Positions 12,171 to 25,567 of a DNA stretch of 64,000 nucleotides are shown here, in pieces. The translations under genes were made by a program, and so were the position numbers. The notes below the pieces were generated by a model. That model saw nothing but the letters and a program-made list of their open reading frames with translations, did no database searches and was not told the origin of the DNA. The DNA lies in NCBI GenBank assembly GCA_038087875.1, contig CM075994.1, positions 186,001 through 250,000 on the forward strand, in the 5' to 3' direction. The DNA comes from Malacoraja senta (taxonomy: Eukaryota). The stretch's first letter is position 1. Each line of letters begins with the position of its first letter.

Positions 12171-13239
12171 AGAACCAGAGAGCAGTGCTGAACTACAATC
12201 TACTGCTTTGCTGATGCTCGGACTATCTTTGATCGGACTTTGCTGGCTTTATCTTGCACTAAATGTTATTCCCTTATCATGTTCTTATGCAATGTAAATG
12301 GATCGATTGTAATCATGTATTGTCTTTCTGCTGACTGGTTAGCACGCAACAAGAGCTTTTCACTGTACCTCAGTACACGTGACAATAAACTAAACTGAGT
12401 TCAAGTGCACACACTGAATTTTTTTCCCGTTTATTATATTGTTTACAGTGTGCAATGTTTACAGTCTGAAGAATGGTCTCGACCCAAAATGTTACCCATT
12501 CCTTCCCTCTACAGATGCTGCCTGTCCTGCTGAGTTATTCCAGCTTTTTGTGTCTATGTTCGGTTTAAACCAACATCCACCGTTCCTTCCAACACTCTGT
12601 TTACATATGTATTCTATTGTGCTGTTGCAAGTAAGAATTTCAGTGTTCTATCTGGGACATATGACAATAAAGCACTCTTGACTTATCTATTGATTCTTGC
12701 ACAAGTTTGTTCACTTGCAAATCCAGACAGTCGAGAGTTGTCTGCACAACGCTCTATTTCTTTGAAATATGACTTCCTGATTATTAAACCACCGAGCAAA
12801 GGATACTGCTGTTAGTCTAGCTCTGCAGATAAGGAAGCTGCAGACTGATAAGCAGAACAATGGGCTGTACATGAATCAAATGGTGTGTTTCAAGTGAAGT
12901 GGGTCGCAGGTTTACACGGTACCTCTTCTTGTAATAACCACTTCTCAGTTCAATCATTCGACCAATGTTAGCCAGTGTTTTGTCTTCCACATACAGAATG
13001 AAACATACATACAAAAACAAAAACCATGGAAGAATCTCCCTAAGATGTCCAAACAGCATTGGAACAGGCTCTTCAACCCATCAAGTCCATGCAGGCCATC
13101 AAACACCACAGTGGCACAGCGGTAGAGTTGCTGCCTTACAGCGCTGGAGACCGGGGTTCAATCTTGACAACCTGCAGGGTTATTCAAGAGCCTGAGGGTC
13201 AAAAGAGACAAAAGGTCAAAAGTCCCTCAGTACACTCCT

Positions 13240-13738
13240 GACGGAGTGCAGCGTTGGTTCACCAAGTTAATTCCTGGGATGGTGGGACTGACATATGATG
13301 AACGAATGGATCAACTGGGCTTACATTCACTGGAATTCAGAAGGATGAGAGAGGATCTCAGAGAAACATTTAAAATTATTAAGGGATTGGACAGGCTAGA
13401 TGCAGGAGAAATGTTCCTGGTGTTGGGGGAATTCAGAACCAGGGGTCACAGTCTAAGAATAAGGGGTAGGCCATTTAGGACTGAGATGAGGAAAAACCTT
13501 TTTACCCAGAGAGTCGTACATCTGTGGAATTCTCTGCCACAGAAGGCAGTGGAGGCCAATTCACTGGATGTATTCAAGAGAGAGTTAGATTTACCGTAAG
13601 GCTAACAGAATTAAGGGATATGGGGAGAAAGCAGGAACGAGGTACTGATTCTGGATGATCAGCCATGATCATATTGAATGGCGGTGCTGGCTCGAAGGGC
13701 CAAATGGCCTACTCCTGCACCTACTTTGTATGTTTCTG
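13240..13738 (+). mobile_element. CR1/HER1 LINE 3' fragment
   Basis: QRWFTKLIPGM...SLEFRRMR...RTRGHSL...WNSLPQ plus the CR1 3'UTR. Confidence 0.9.
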
Positions 13739-14362
13739 TCTGAAAGGGAAGAAGCTGTTTTTAAATGTGGAGGTCAGTTCTTAGGCTCCAATACCTTTTT
13801 CCTGAGGGTAGCAGCGAGATGAGTGTGTGGCCAGGGTGGTGTGGATCTTCGATGACAACAGATGCTTTCTTCAGGTCCAATGGTAAAGATGTTATATAAA
13901 TGCACACTGTTGTTTGACAGCTGAGCGAAACGGTGTTGCAGCGGTAGAGTTGCTGCCTCACAGACCAGAGGCCCAGGCCCAGGTTCGATCCCGACTACAG
14001 TATTGCAGGTTAATTGGCTTTGGTAAAATTGTAAATTTTGTAGGATGGTGCTAGTGTACGGAGTTTGTGCGTTCTCCCCATAACCTGCATGGGTTTTGAC
14101 GGAGTCCGTGCTGACCAGCACTATCCTACACAATTTACAATTTTACCGAAGTCAATTAACCTGTACATCGTTGGAGTGTGGTAGGAAACCAGAGGACACG
14201 GAGTAAACCAATGCGGTCACGGGGAGAATGTGCAGAGTCCGTACAGAGGTAGCACCCGTAGTCAGGATTGAACCCGGGCCTTCTCCAGGTGCTCCGGTTT
14301 CCTCCCACACTCCAAAGTTTGTAGGTTAATTAGCTTGGTATAATTGAAAATGCCCCCTAGTG

Positions 14363-14671
14363 CAGGGGTTCCCAAACATTTTGTCCCGTTTACCCCTGGC
14401 AACTTTTCGAAAGTAAATTTACCCCCACCCTGTTTTGTTCAGTGATTTGTTTACACTTCTACCATAATAAAGTAAACGACAAAGGGGAAATTTTAAAATA
14501 TTGTTTTTAACATTATTATTTTTATGTTCAAATAACAATAATAATAGCACATAACAATGTTATTTCACTTATTCATGAACAACTAATGAAGAACAGATAC
14601 CGGTATACCAGAACCAAACACAGTCAGTCAATGAGAACACATCAATACAAAATCAATAAATTTACCCCCTG
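14363..14671. mobile_element. Probable hAT-Charlie-like MITE fragment inside a SINE
   Basis: Begins CAGGGGTTCCCAAAC, has an AT-rich interior and interrupts a V-SINE; the right TIR is largely missing. Confidence 0.5.
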
Positions 14672-14775
14672 GTGGGATAGTGTTAGTGCGCTGGTCGGCG
14701 CAGACTCGGTGGGCCGAAGGGCCTGTTTCTATGCTGCATCTCTAAACTAAACCAAACGGGTTTAGATATATCAAG

Positions 14776-16178
14776 GTATATGTTTGCCTTTTGAAATTGG
14801 TCCGATCCTGTTAGCTCGCACAAAATTGAATTAAAAAATCTATAGTGAAAACCCTATAATATATTGTGGTATTCAAATTTGGAAACAACAAAAAAAGACA
14901 TTAAAATTGGATAATGTATCACTTTCTCTCCCCATTGCAAATAATCCTTCATTTAAACCCTCAGTGTTGGATAAAGGTTTTGTACAATGGATAAATCATG
15001 GAATTAAAAAGATGGGACATCTTTATAGAAATGGTATTTTTCTCCCGTTTCAGGAGCTACAACAGAATTATGGATTACATTCAAATATTTTTTTTAGATA
15101 TTTACAGCTTAAAGGTCATGTTAAATCACATACACAAGAATACAGAACTAGAGAACCAGAGATTCTAGATGGATGTTTGAATAAACTCCCTAACACAGTT
15201 AAATTAATATCTTACATTTATAATACTCTTTTAGACAGTGAGATTCCATCGACAGAATTATATAGACTAGCATGGGAAAAGGAATTAGCTCAACCCATAA
15301 CAAAAGATATTTGGGATGAAAGTCTACAACATATACATCAATGCTCATTAAATGCCAGACATTCATTAATAAAATTTAAAGTACTACATAGACTGCATTA
15401 TTCTAAAACAAAATTAAATAGAATCTTTCCTAATATCTCTCCTATCTGTGATAAATGCCAATACCCGGCAGCTAATTTAACCCATACTTTTGTAAATTGT
15501 ATAAAAATTAAAAATTACTGGATGGATATTCTTAAAATAATCTCTGTAGTTGTTAATACTCAACTTGATCCCGATCCTAAATTAATAATATTGGGCATAT
15601 CAGAACAATACCTAAAACTTACAACAAACCAAAGACATTTCCTTGATTACAGTATAATAATTGGGAAAAAATTAATATTAAAATTTTGGAAAAATCCAGC
15701 AACCCCACAATTAAGATGAGGATTATGGAGATGTCGGAGACCTTACATTTGGAAAAAATTAGATATGTCTTAATTGACAAACCAGAATTATTTACTAAAA
15801 TATGGTCTCAATTTATAGATTATTTGAAGGGGTAGACTGGGCCGGCACGGAGGCCTGACTGAAACCTGAACCCAGGACTAGATGAATAATTATGTTTTCT
15901 GACCTATGGACCTATCTCCTAAGTTGTATTATTGATAGTTTATCTTATTTTTCTAATTTCTTCTCTTTATTTCTTTATTTTTCTTATCTATAAACATAAA
16001 TAAATAATTAGAGGCAATGTTAATATGTAACCGATAAAGGGGGACTCCAGCTACTTTGGTAACTGGGCCTCCGGAACCCTGGATATTTCATATGTAATCA
16101 TTAAACAAAGTTTGTATTGGTTTGGACTATGATATGCAGATGCCTCTAATAAAAATTTAAATAAAAAAATAAATAAAA
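14776..16178 (+). mobile_element. L1/Tx1-clade LINE, 5'-truncated
   Basis: ORF2 C-terminus with FKVLHRLHYS and a CDKC...LTHTFVNC zinc knuckle, AT-rich 3'UTR and A-rich tail. The repeat agatatatcaa flanks both sides (probable TSD). Confidence 0.88.
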
Positions 16179-17715
16179 AGATATATCAAAGTAGACAACA
16201 ATGCTGGAGAAACTCAGCGGGTGAGGCAGCATCTATGGAGAGAAGGAATAGGCGACGTTTTGGGCCGAAACCCTGTCTGGTGACCCGAAACGTTGCCTAT
16301 TCCTTCTCTCCATAGATGCTGCCTCACCTGCTGAGTTTCTCCAGCATTTTTGTCTATCTTCGATTTTTCCAGCATCTGCAGTTCGTTCTTAGATATATCA
16401 AGGGCTTTGTTCCACAAGACTTGATTCTTGTATTTGAAGATAAGTTACCTGCAGCATAGAAGCAGGTCCTTTGGCCCAATTTGCGTGCATGACCCTATTT
16501 CCCAGCACCCAGCCCGAACTCTGCTACACCGCAGTGTTTCAAGTGCTCAACGACATATTGTACTTTTGAATGAAAGATACAGCATGGAAACAGGTCCGTT
16601 GAATACACGCCGACCATCGATTACCTGTTCGCACTATCCTACCTTCTCATCTACTCCTACACACTTAGAGGTAATTTAGAGAGGGCCAATTGACCTGCAA
16701 ACCCGCACGTCTTTGTGATGTGGGAGGGAACCGGAGCACCCGGAGTCACAGAGAGAACGTGCAAACCTCACACACATAAACAGCACCCGAGGTCAGGATC
16801 GAACCCGGGTCTCTGGCGCGGTTCTGCTTGAGCCCAATGTTAAAAATCTCATGTAAGTTCACACTGTTTGACAGCTGATTTAGAGGTACCAAGGGCTTTG
16901 TTCTACAACACAGTAGCAGGCTTTGTGTCTTGCGGTTTTAGGCATGGGTAACACGGTGGCGCAGTGGTAGAGTTGCTGCCTTACAGCGCTTGCAGCGCCA
17001 GAGACCCGGGTTCGATCCTGACTACGGGTGCTGTCTGTATGGAGTTTGCATATTCTCCCTGTGACCGCGTGGGTTTTTCCAGGTGCTATATAAAAGTATG
17101 TGGGTGAGCAGGCTGGGAACTTGGGTCAGAAGCACTGCGTGGGCCAATATAACATAGTCATAATGTAAATGGAATGGGAGAAATGGGTGAGTGCAGATGG
17201 GGTACAAGGTAAAGGGGGTGGGAGGGAGGGGGGAGGGAGAGAACAAAGGAGAAGGGAGTTGTTGGTTACCTGACATTGAAGAATTCCATGTATGGGAGGG
17301 AATTGCAGGTGCTGGTTTAGACCGAAGATAGACACAAAAAGCTGGAGTAACTCAGTGGGACAAGCAGCGTATCTGGAGCAAAGGAATAGGTGACGTTTCA
17401 GGTCAGGATGCTACCTGATGAGCATTCAGAGATGCTGCCTGACCCACTGAGTTACACCAGCCTTTTGTGTCTATCTTCAGTAAATAATTCATATTTTCAC
17501 ATGGCACGGTGGGGCAACGGTAGAATTGCTGCCTTCCAGCACCAGAGACCCGGGTTCGATCCTGACCACAGGTGCTCCCTACACTTCTGTATGCTGTTTG
17601 TACCTTCTCTCCATGATCGCGTGGGTTTTCTCCGGGTGCTCCGGTTTACTCCCACACTCCGAAGATGTGCAGGATTGAAGGATAATTGGCTTCAGTAAAA
17701 TTGTAAATGTTTCCG

Positions 17716-17925
17716 CAACTGCAGATGCTTGTTTAACCGGCTTAAACCGAAGCTAGACACAAAAAGCTGGAATAACTCAGCAGGACAGGCAGCATCTCTG
17801 TAGAGAAGGAATGGATGATGTTTCGGGTCTGAAGAAGGGTCTCGATCCAAAACAACACCCATTCTTTCTCTCCAGAGATGCTGCCTGTCCCGTTGAGTTA
17901 CTCCAGCCTTTTGTGTCTATCTTCA
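17716..17925. repeat. Palindromic Penelope-terminus-derived short repeat (representative of many copies)
   Basis: agacacaaaaagctggaataactcagc...gcagcatctct...tttcggg is followed by its reverse complement. Similar units at 7690-7885, 16190-16385, 29980-30250 and 48625-48835. Confidence 0.8.
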
Positions 17926-18424
17926 GTCATAAAACACAAAATACATGAAACATGAAATTGAAGTGATGAGTGGAAAGGGTTGGTGATATGCAAAGTTTGG
18001 GGAGGGGGGGAGGGGAGTCAGTCTACCCCACGACAGAATGGGGAGGAGGTGTACAGTTTGATAGCTACAGGGAAGAATCTCCTGTGGCGTTCTGTCCTTC
18101 ATATTGGTGGGACCGGTCCATTGCTGAAGGTACTCCTCATGTTGACCAGCGTGTCATGGAGGGGGTGAGCTGTATTGTCCAAGATTCTCCGCAGTTTGAG
18201 GAGCCAGCCTTCCCGAAGAGTTTGTTGAGTGAGCCTTGGGCTATTCGTACAGTGTGTGTGAGATTGGAGTGGGTGAGGTGAGTAGAAGTCAAGATGGTTG
18301 ATGTCAGTTGAAAATGAAAAGCTTGTAAAAGGATCCCAACCCAAAAGGTCACCTATTCACGATCTACAGTGATGCTGCCCGACCTGCTGAGATACTCTAG
18401 AACCTTGCGTCTTCTTTTTTTAAA

Positions 18425-18872
18425 CAAGCTAATTCCCAGGATGGTGGGACTGACATATGATGAAAGAATGGGTCGACTGGGCTTATATTCACTGGAATTT
18501 AAGAGGATGAGAGGATATCTTCTGGAAACATATAAAATTATTAAGGGATTGGACAGGCTAGAGGCAGGAAAATGTTCCAACTGTTGGGGGAGTTCAGAAC
18601 CAGGGGTTACAGTTTAAGAATAAAGGGGTTGGTCATTTGGGACTGAGATGAGGAAAAGCTATTTCACACGGAGAGTTGTGAATCTGTGGAATTCTCTGCC
18701 ACAGAAAGCAGTGGAGGCCAATTCACTGGATGTATTCAAAAGAGAGTTGGATGTGGCTCTTAGGACTAACAGAATCAGGGGATATGGGGAGAAAGCAGGA
18801 AACGGGAACTAATTCCGGATGATCAGCCATAATCATATTGAATGGAAGTGCTGGCTCGAAGGGCCGAATGGC
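18425..18872 (+). mobile_element. CR1 LINE 3' fragment
   Basis: LIPRMVGLTYDERMGRLGLYSLEFKRMRG plus 3'UTR. Confidence 0.88.
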
Positions 18873-19327
18873 ATCTGCAGTTCTTGTTTTTACAATCGAT
18901 CTAGATACATGGTCAAAACAACAAGCTGGTCAAAGCAGAACACATGGGAGCAGAATTAGGCCATTCAGCCCACCGCATCTATCCTGCAAATTCAATGATG
19001 GTGGATCTTGCTTTCCCTCTCAACCCCATTCTCTGATGGTTCATTCAATAATGGTTGATCTATCTGTCTTTCTCACTCAACTGCATTCTCCTGCCTTCTC
19101 CCAGTAACCCTTGACACCTTACTAATCAAGAACCTATCAATCACTGCCTTAAAAATACCCAATGACCAACTGAGTTACTCCATCACTCTGTCTTTTTTTC
19201 TAGAGTAACATCAAAGTCACATAAAAACCCTGTTCATTGGATCATTCCTGAATTTTTTTTGTGAAAATGTTCCTGAAAATAAATAGCAGCACAGTTCAAC
19301 ATTTCACTGACTACACTAAGTGTCACT

Positions 19328-20195
19328 AGGGGTGCCAGCCGCATTGACGGCAGCCTCTGCCTACAGCCCGTTTGTTTTTCAATCTTTTTTTAATTTTTAG
19401 TTAGTTTAAAGTCTGTTTTGGGGGAATCTTTAACTTTTGTATGTGGGGGAGGGGGGTAGGGGGGTAGGGTAAAGGGAAACTGTCTCCCAGTCGCTTCCTG
19501 GCAAGGACGCGACTATTTCTCCTCGCCCCCCCTCCTAGCGGCCTACCACCTGGATCGGAGCGTCCTTTCCTGCCGGGGACTGGGATCCGGACCAGAGCTA
19601 CAACAGCGGCGGCGCAGCGCTGAATTCACCGCGGAGCGGGCGATACCTTACCTGGGTCACCGTTTGGAGCTCCCGAGCGTTGGGCCGCTGCTCCAACATC
19701 GCGGGGCTGTGGTTCACGGAGCTCCCAGTGCGGGCGGTGCTGTACAACATCGCGGAGTCCTGGGGCCCTTTGCTGAGGGCCGCCAGCATTCCATCTGCAC
19801 CCAGCGCGGCCTGCGGACTTTGGGAGCCGCGGACTCCGGTAGGAGGTGCTCAACTTGGATGTCCAGGCCGCTGAGGAGGTCCTCCAGCCCCGTCCTCAGA
19901 CTTACATCGCCCCAGCGAGCGGGCCTGAACATCGGGCTGCCCGTAGCGGCGACTGCGGAGGACTCGGGGAGGCCCCGACCAGGGGTGCACATCAGGAACA
20001 TTAGAGGAAGATGACTGACTTTGGTGCCTTCCCTCACAGTGGGAAACTTTGATTCTGCTGTGTGGGGATGTTTTATGTTGAACTCTATCGTGTGTTGTGT
20101 TCTTTATTTTATTGTATGGCTGTATGGTGATCAAATTTCACTGTGCCAACTGGTACATGTGACAAATAAATGTATCTTGAATCTTGAATCTTGAA
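19328..20195 (+). mobile_element. GC-rich non-coding retroposon with a Rex1-like 3' end (related copy at 54125-54830)
   Basis: Shared layout: GC head, T-rich tract, G run, CpG-rich body and ccttcc.tcacagtggg. This copy ends atttcactgtg...tgtgacaaataaa plus (tcttgaa)n. Confidence 0.55.
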
Positions 20196-20201
20196 GGTCT
20201 T

Positions 20202-20795
20202 ATAGACAATAGACAATAGGTGCAGGAGTAGGCCATTTGGCCCTTCGAGCCAGCACCGCCATTCAATGTCATCATGGCTGATCATCCCCAATCAGTACCC
20301 CGTTCCTGCCTTCTCCCCATATCCCCTGACTCCGCTATTTTTAAGAGCCCTATCTAGCTCTCTCTTGAAAGCATCCAGAGAACCTGCCTCCACCGCTCTC
20401 TGAGGCAGAGAATTCCACAGACTCACCACTCTCTGTGAGAAAACGTGTTTCCTCGTCTCCGTTCTAAATGGCTTACTCCTTATTCTTAAACTGTGGCCCC
20501 TGGTTCTGGACTCCCCCAACATCGGGAACATGTTTCCTGCCTCTAGTGTGTCCAAGCCCTTAACAATCTTATATGTTTCAATGAGATAACCTCTCATCCT
20601 TCTAAACTCCAGAGTGTACAAGCCCAGCTGCTCCATTCTCTCAGCATATGACAGTCCCGCCATCCCGGGAATTAACCTAGGAAACCTACGCTGCACTCCC
20701 TCAATAGCAAGAATATCCTTCCTCAAATTAGGGGACCAAAACTGCACACAATACTCCAAGTGTGGTCTCACTCGGGCTCTGTACAACTGCAGAAG
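20202..20795 (-). mobile_element. CR1 LINE 3' fragment with (TATTGTC)n tail
   Basis: LYRARVRPHLEYCVQFWSP...GYGEKAGTGY; tail reads atagacaatagacaatag on the + strand. Confidence 0.92.
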
Positions 20796-21107
20796 GAAGA
20801 TATTCTTGTATTCAAAGCTATCCAAAAGGAAAACTCATCTCTGCTTGTTAACACACACCTCACATTTTACCAAGGTCCTAATTTGAAGGGAAACACTCTC
20901 CCCTGACTCTCAGTCTGAAGAAGGGTCTCGACCCCAAAAGTCACCTATTCCTTTTCTCCAGAGATGCTGCCTGACCCGCTGAGTTATTCCAGCATTCTGT
21001 GTCTATCTTCGGTGTAACCCAGCATCTGCAGTTCCTTTCTTCAATTTCTTGACTCTTAACTCTCTCTCTTATATACCTTTGTCGTACAAAAATTACAGCC
21101 ACCACAA

Positions 21108-21428
21108 ACAGCGGTAGAGTTGCTGCTGTACAGAGCTTACAGCGCCAGAGACCCGGGTTCGATCCCGACTACGAGTGCTGTCTGCATGGAGTTTGTACCT
21201 TCTCCCCGTGACCTGCGTGTGTTTTCTCCGAGAACATCGGTTTCCTCCCACACTCCAAAGACGTACAGCTTTGTAGGTTAATTGGCTTGGTATCAATGTG
21301 AAATTGTCCCTTTTGTGTGGAGGATAGTGTTTATGTGTGGAGATCGCTGGTCGGTGCGGACTCGGTGGGGCGAAGTGCCTGTTTCCACGGTGTATCCCTA
21401 AACTAAACTAAACTAAACTAAGCTAAAC
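21108..21428 (+). mobile_element. HE1-like V-SINE
   Basis: gcggtagagttgctgc...gacccgggttcgatccc B-box, V-core, CR1-like 3' end and (aaact)n tail. Confidence 0.85.
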
Positions 21429-22745
21429 ATCAATGAGGCAATAAACGGAACATCCGGTATTACTGTGTGTTGAGGAAGGAACATGATGAAAGAAACTATG
21501 GAGATGCAACTAAAAGACTAAACTGAACATAACTATCAGACATAGACACCGGGCATTCAATGAACAACTTTCACACAGAACACACAGCTGAGCCGGGCTT
21601 GCTTATCTATATAGGGCGATTAGAATGTACTAAGCACCACGAGCATCATGAAGGAATCATTGTTCACAGTTGTGCCTGGGTCGTTATCAGTTGCAACCTT
21701 TGAGCTCAGCAGCTGCTCTTTGTCACTGTGTTTGGTAAACCTGTTCTCAGGCACTTAACGGCCCATTGTCAGAGTGAGGCTGAATGCAAATTGTAGGAAC
21801 GGTATCTCATGTTTGAAGAAGGGTCTCGACCCGAAACGTCACCTATTCCTTCGCTCCATAGATGCTGCCTCACCCGCTGAGTTTCTCCAGCATTTATATC
21901 TACCTTCATATTTTGCTTGGGCGGTTTACGACCCAGTGGTATGATATTGATTTTTCTAACCAAGTAACCCTGGCATTCCCTCTCTCTCTCTATCCCTCCC
22001 CCACCCAAGTCACACTAGCTTCTCATTTTCACCCAACAAACAGCTGACAATGGCCTTTTTCATTAATCAGCGTTACTTTTTTGCATATCTTTCTGTTCTT
22101 TATCTCTCCACATCACCGTCTATATCTATCGTACCCCTTATCCCTAACTAGTGTGATGAAGGGTCTTGACCTGAAACGTCACCCTTTCTTTTTCTCCAGC
22201 AATGTTGCCTGTCCCACTGAGTTACTCCAGCGTTTTGGGTCTATATGTATTGTTGTATGTTCAATCTACAGCATCAGGGTGAAGTGTGGTGATGTCATAG
22301 AATCATAGAGTGATACAGTGTGGAAACAAGCCCTTCAGCCCAACTTGCCCACACTGGCCAACATGTCCCAGCTACACTAGTCCCACCTGCCCACGTTTGG
22401 TCCATATCCCTCCAAACTTGCCCTATCCATGTAACTGTCTAACTGATTCTTAAACATTGGGATGGTCCCTGCCTCAACTACCTCCTCTGGCAACTTGTTC
22501 CATACACTCACCATCCTTTGTGTGAGAAGGTTACCCCTCAGATTCCTATTAAATATTTTTCCCTTCACCATGAACCGATGTCCTCTGGTCGTCGATTCCC
22601 CTACTCTGGGCAGGAGATTCTGTGCATCCACCCATTCTATTCCTCTCATGATTTTATATCCCCTGTGGTGATCTCACTCAGACCTGGCCTTGTCTTCTAC
22701 TCAGAACCAGGTCAAGATTGATCCCAGAACCAGGTCAAGATCCCA

Positions 22746-23870
22746 GGTCAGTATTGATGTGGATAGAGAACTGGCTGGCAAACAGGAAGCAAAGAGTAGG
22801 AGTAAACGGGTCCTTTTCACAATGGCAGGCAGTGACTAGTGGGGTACCGCAAGGCTCAGTGCTGGGACCCCAGCTATTTACAATATATATTAATGACCTG
22901 GATGAGGGAATTGAAGGCAATATCTCCAAGTTTGCGGATGACACTAAGCTGGGGGGCAGTGTTAGCTGTGAGGAGGATGCTAGGAGACTGCAAGGTGACT
23001 TGGATAGGCTGGGTGAGTGGGCAAATGTTTGGCAGATGCAGTATAATGTGGATAAATGTGAGGTTATCCATTTTGGTGGCAAGAACAGGAAAGCAGACTA
23101 TTATCTAAATGGTGGCCGACTAGGAAAAGGGGAGATGCAGCGAGACCTGGGTGTCATGGTACACCAGTCATTGAAAGTAGGCATGCAGGTGCAGCAGGCA
23201 GTGAAGAAAGCAAATGGTATGTTAGCTTTCATAGCAAAAGGATTTGAGTATAGGAGCAGGGAGGTTCTACTGCAGTTGTACAGGGTCTTGGTGAGAACAC
23301 ACCTGGAGTATTGCATACAGTTTTGGTCTCCAAATCTGAGGAAGGACATTATTGCCATAGAGGGAGTGCAGAGAAGGTTCACCAGACTGATTCCTGGGAT
23401 GTCAGGACTGTCTTATGAAGAAAGACTGGATAGACTTGGTTTATACTCTCTAGAATTTAGGAGATTGAGAGGGGATCTTATAGAAACTTACAAAATTCTT
23501 AAGGGGTTGGACAGGCTAGATGCAGGAAGATTGCTCCCGATGTTGGGGAAGTCCAGGACAAGGGGTCACAGCTTAAGGATAAGGGGGAAATCCTTTAAAA
23601 CCGAGATGAGAAGAACTTTTTTCACACAGAGAGTGGTGAATCTCTGGAACTCTCTGCCACAGAGGGTAGTCCAGGCCAGTTCATTGGCTATATTTAAGAG
23701 GGAGTTAGATGTGGCCCTTGTGGCTAAAGGGATCAGAGGGTATGGAGAGAAGGCAGGTACGGGAAACTGAGTTGGATGATCGGCCATGATCATATTGAAT
23801 GGCGGTGCAGGCTCGAAGGGCCGAATGGCCTACTCCTGCACCTAATTTCTATGTTTCTATGTTTCTATGT
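22746..23870 (+). mobile_element. Young 5'-truncated CR1 LINE with an uninterrupted RT C-terminal ORF
   Basis: 350-aa ORF 22718-23770 with GVPQGSVLGP, FADD and RPHLEY-like motifs; (TTTCTATG)n tail. Confidence 0.95.
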
Positions 23871-24120
23871 AAGATAGATTATAGTTTCCAGCCTCAGTGG
23901 AAATAACTATTATCTCCCCCGTTCTTAAACAGTTGATGCGGGGGGGGGGGGGGGGGGTGATGATTTGATTCAGAGGCGGAACATTTAGTCAGTGTCTTTA
24001 TGATGACAGGAAGTTGCAAAGTCGTGCAGGAAACATGCAGCCAACCCAGAGCAAAGCTTGTTTCGCCAAATAGCATTGCTTGTTTCTCCAATGGCATTGT
24101 TTCTCCAATAGCATTGCTAC

Positions 24121-25003
24121 GAGAATGCAGGGTGACTTGGACAGGTTGGGTGAGTGCGCAGATGCATGGCAGATGCAGTTTAATGTGGATAAAAGTGAGG
24201 TTATCCACTTTGGTAGCAAAAACAGGAAGGCAGATTACTATCTAAATGGTGATGTTGGGAAAAGGGAAAAGTACAACGGGATCTGGGGGTCCTTGTTCAT
24301 CAGTCAATGAAAGTAAGTATGCAGGTACAGCAGGCAGTGAAGAAACAAAATGGCATGTTGGCCTTTATAACAAGAGGAGGTGAGTATAGGAGCAAAGATG
24401 TCCTTCTGCAGTTGTACAGACCCCTAGTGAGACCACACCTGGAGTCTTGTGTGCAGTTTTGGTCCCCTAATTTGAGGAAGGACATTCTTGCTATTGAGGG
24501 AGTGCAGCGTAGGTTTACAAGGTTAATTCCCAGGATGGAGGGGCTGTCTTATGCTGAGAGAATGGAGTGGTTGGGCTTGTATACTCTGGAGTTTAGAAGA
24601 ATGAGAGGGTATCTTATAGAAACATATAAGATTATTAAGGGTTTGGACACACTAGAGGCAGGAAACATGTTCCTGATGTTGGGGAGTCCAGAACCAGGGG
24701 CCACAGTTTAAGAATAAGGGGTAAGCCATTTAGAACGAAGACGAGGAAATACAGAGTGGTGAATCTGTGGAATTCTCTGCCTCAGAGGGCGGTGGATGCC
24801 GGTTCACTGGATACTTTCAAGAAGAGCTAGATAGGGCTCTTAAAGATAGCAGAGTCAGGGGATATGGGGAGAAGGCAGGAACAGACTACTGATTGGTGAT
24901 TATTCAACCAATGATCACATTGAATGGCGGTGCTGGCTCAAAGGGCCAAATGACCTACTCCTGCACTTATTGTCTACTGTGTGTTGTCTACTGTCTACTG
25001 TCC
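24121..25003 (+). mobile_element. CR1 LINE 3' fragment, frameshifted
   Basis: MQGDLDRLGECADAWQMQFNVDK...VRPHLESCVQFWSP; degenerate tgtcta tail. Confidence 0.9.
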
Positions 25004-25567
25004 AAACATCAATGCAATGGGCGACTGACTGAGATGCGTTGATAACATTATTGCGGGGGTAAGGGAGTGGAGCTGGCATTGCTGGGGTGTTGTGTTCGAA
25101 AAAATCACCAGATTCAGACACCAGAGTTTGATTCACTCAGTAATTTATTACACTACCAAATAAGGCTCATGTATCCCCGAATATCTCCGGACAAGCTGCC
25201 AGTGGAGGCTGAGACTATTCCAACATTTAAGAAACAGTTAGACAGGTCCTTGGATAGGACAGATTTGGAGGAATATGGACCAAGTGCAGGCAGGTGGGAC
25301 TAGTGTAAATGGGACGTGATGGCCGGAGTGGGTAAGTTGGGCCGAAGTGCCTGTTTCCACACTGTATCACTCTATGACTTTAATGTGCTGCTCCATGATG
25401 ACTGCGTTGTCATGTACGTGATGCAAGGGCAGTGAGGTGAGTGGGAGTTTCACACATCGAGTGTAGGTCGCGCAAAACAGAACAGAGAGATGCTGGTGGT
25501 TTGTGGCGCAGCACATAGAACAGCTTCAAAAGCAGTGTAGCAAGAAAATGCAGATGCTGATTTGCAT

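Noticed and set aside
16950..17025. tRNA-like sequence with A and B boxes
   Set aside because: Head of a V-SINE, directly followed by the SINE core; not a tRNA gene.
19598..20134. Several overlapping 60-116 aa ORFs
   Set aside because: They lie within the GC-rich interspersed repeat and have no protein motifs.
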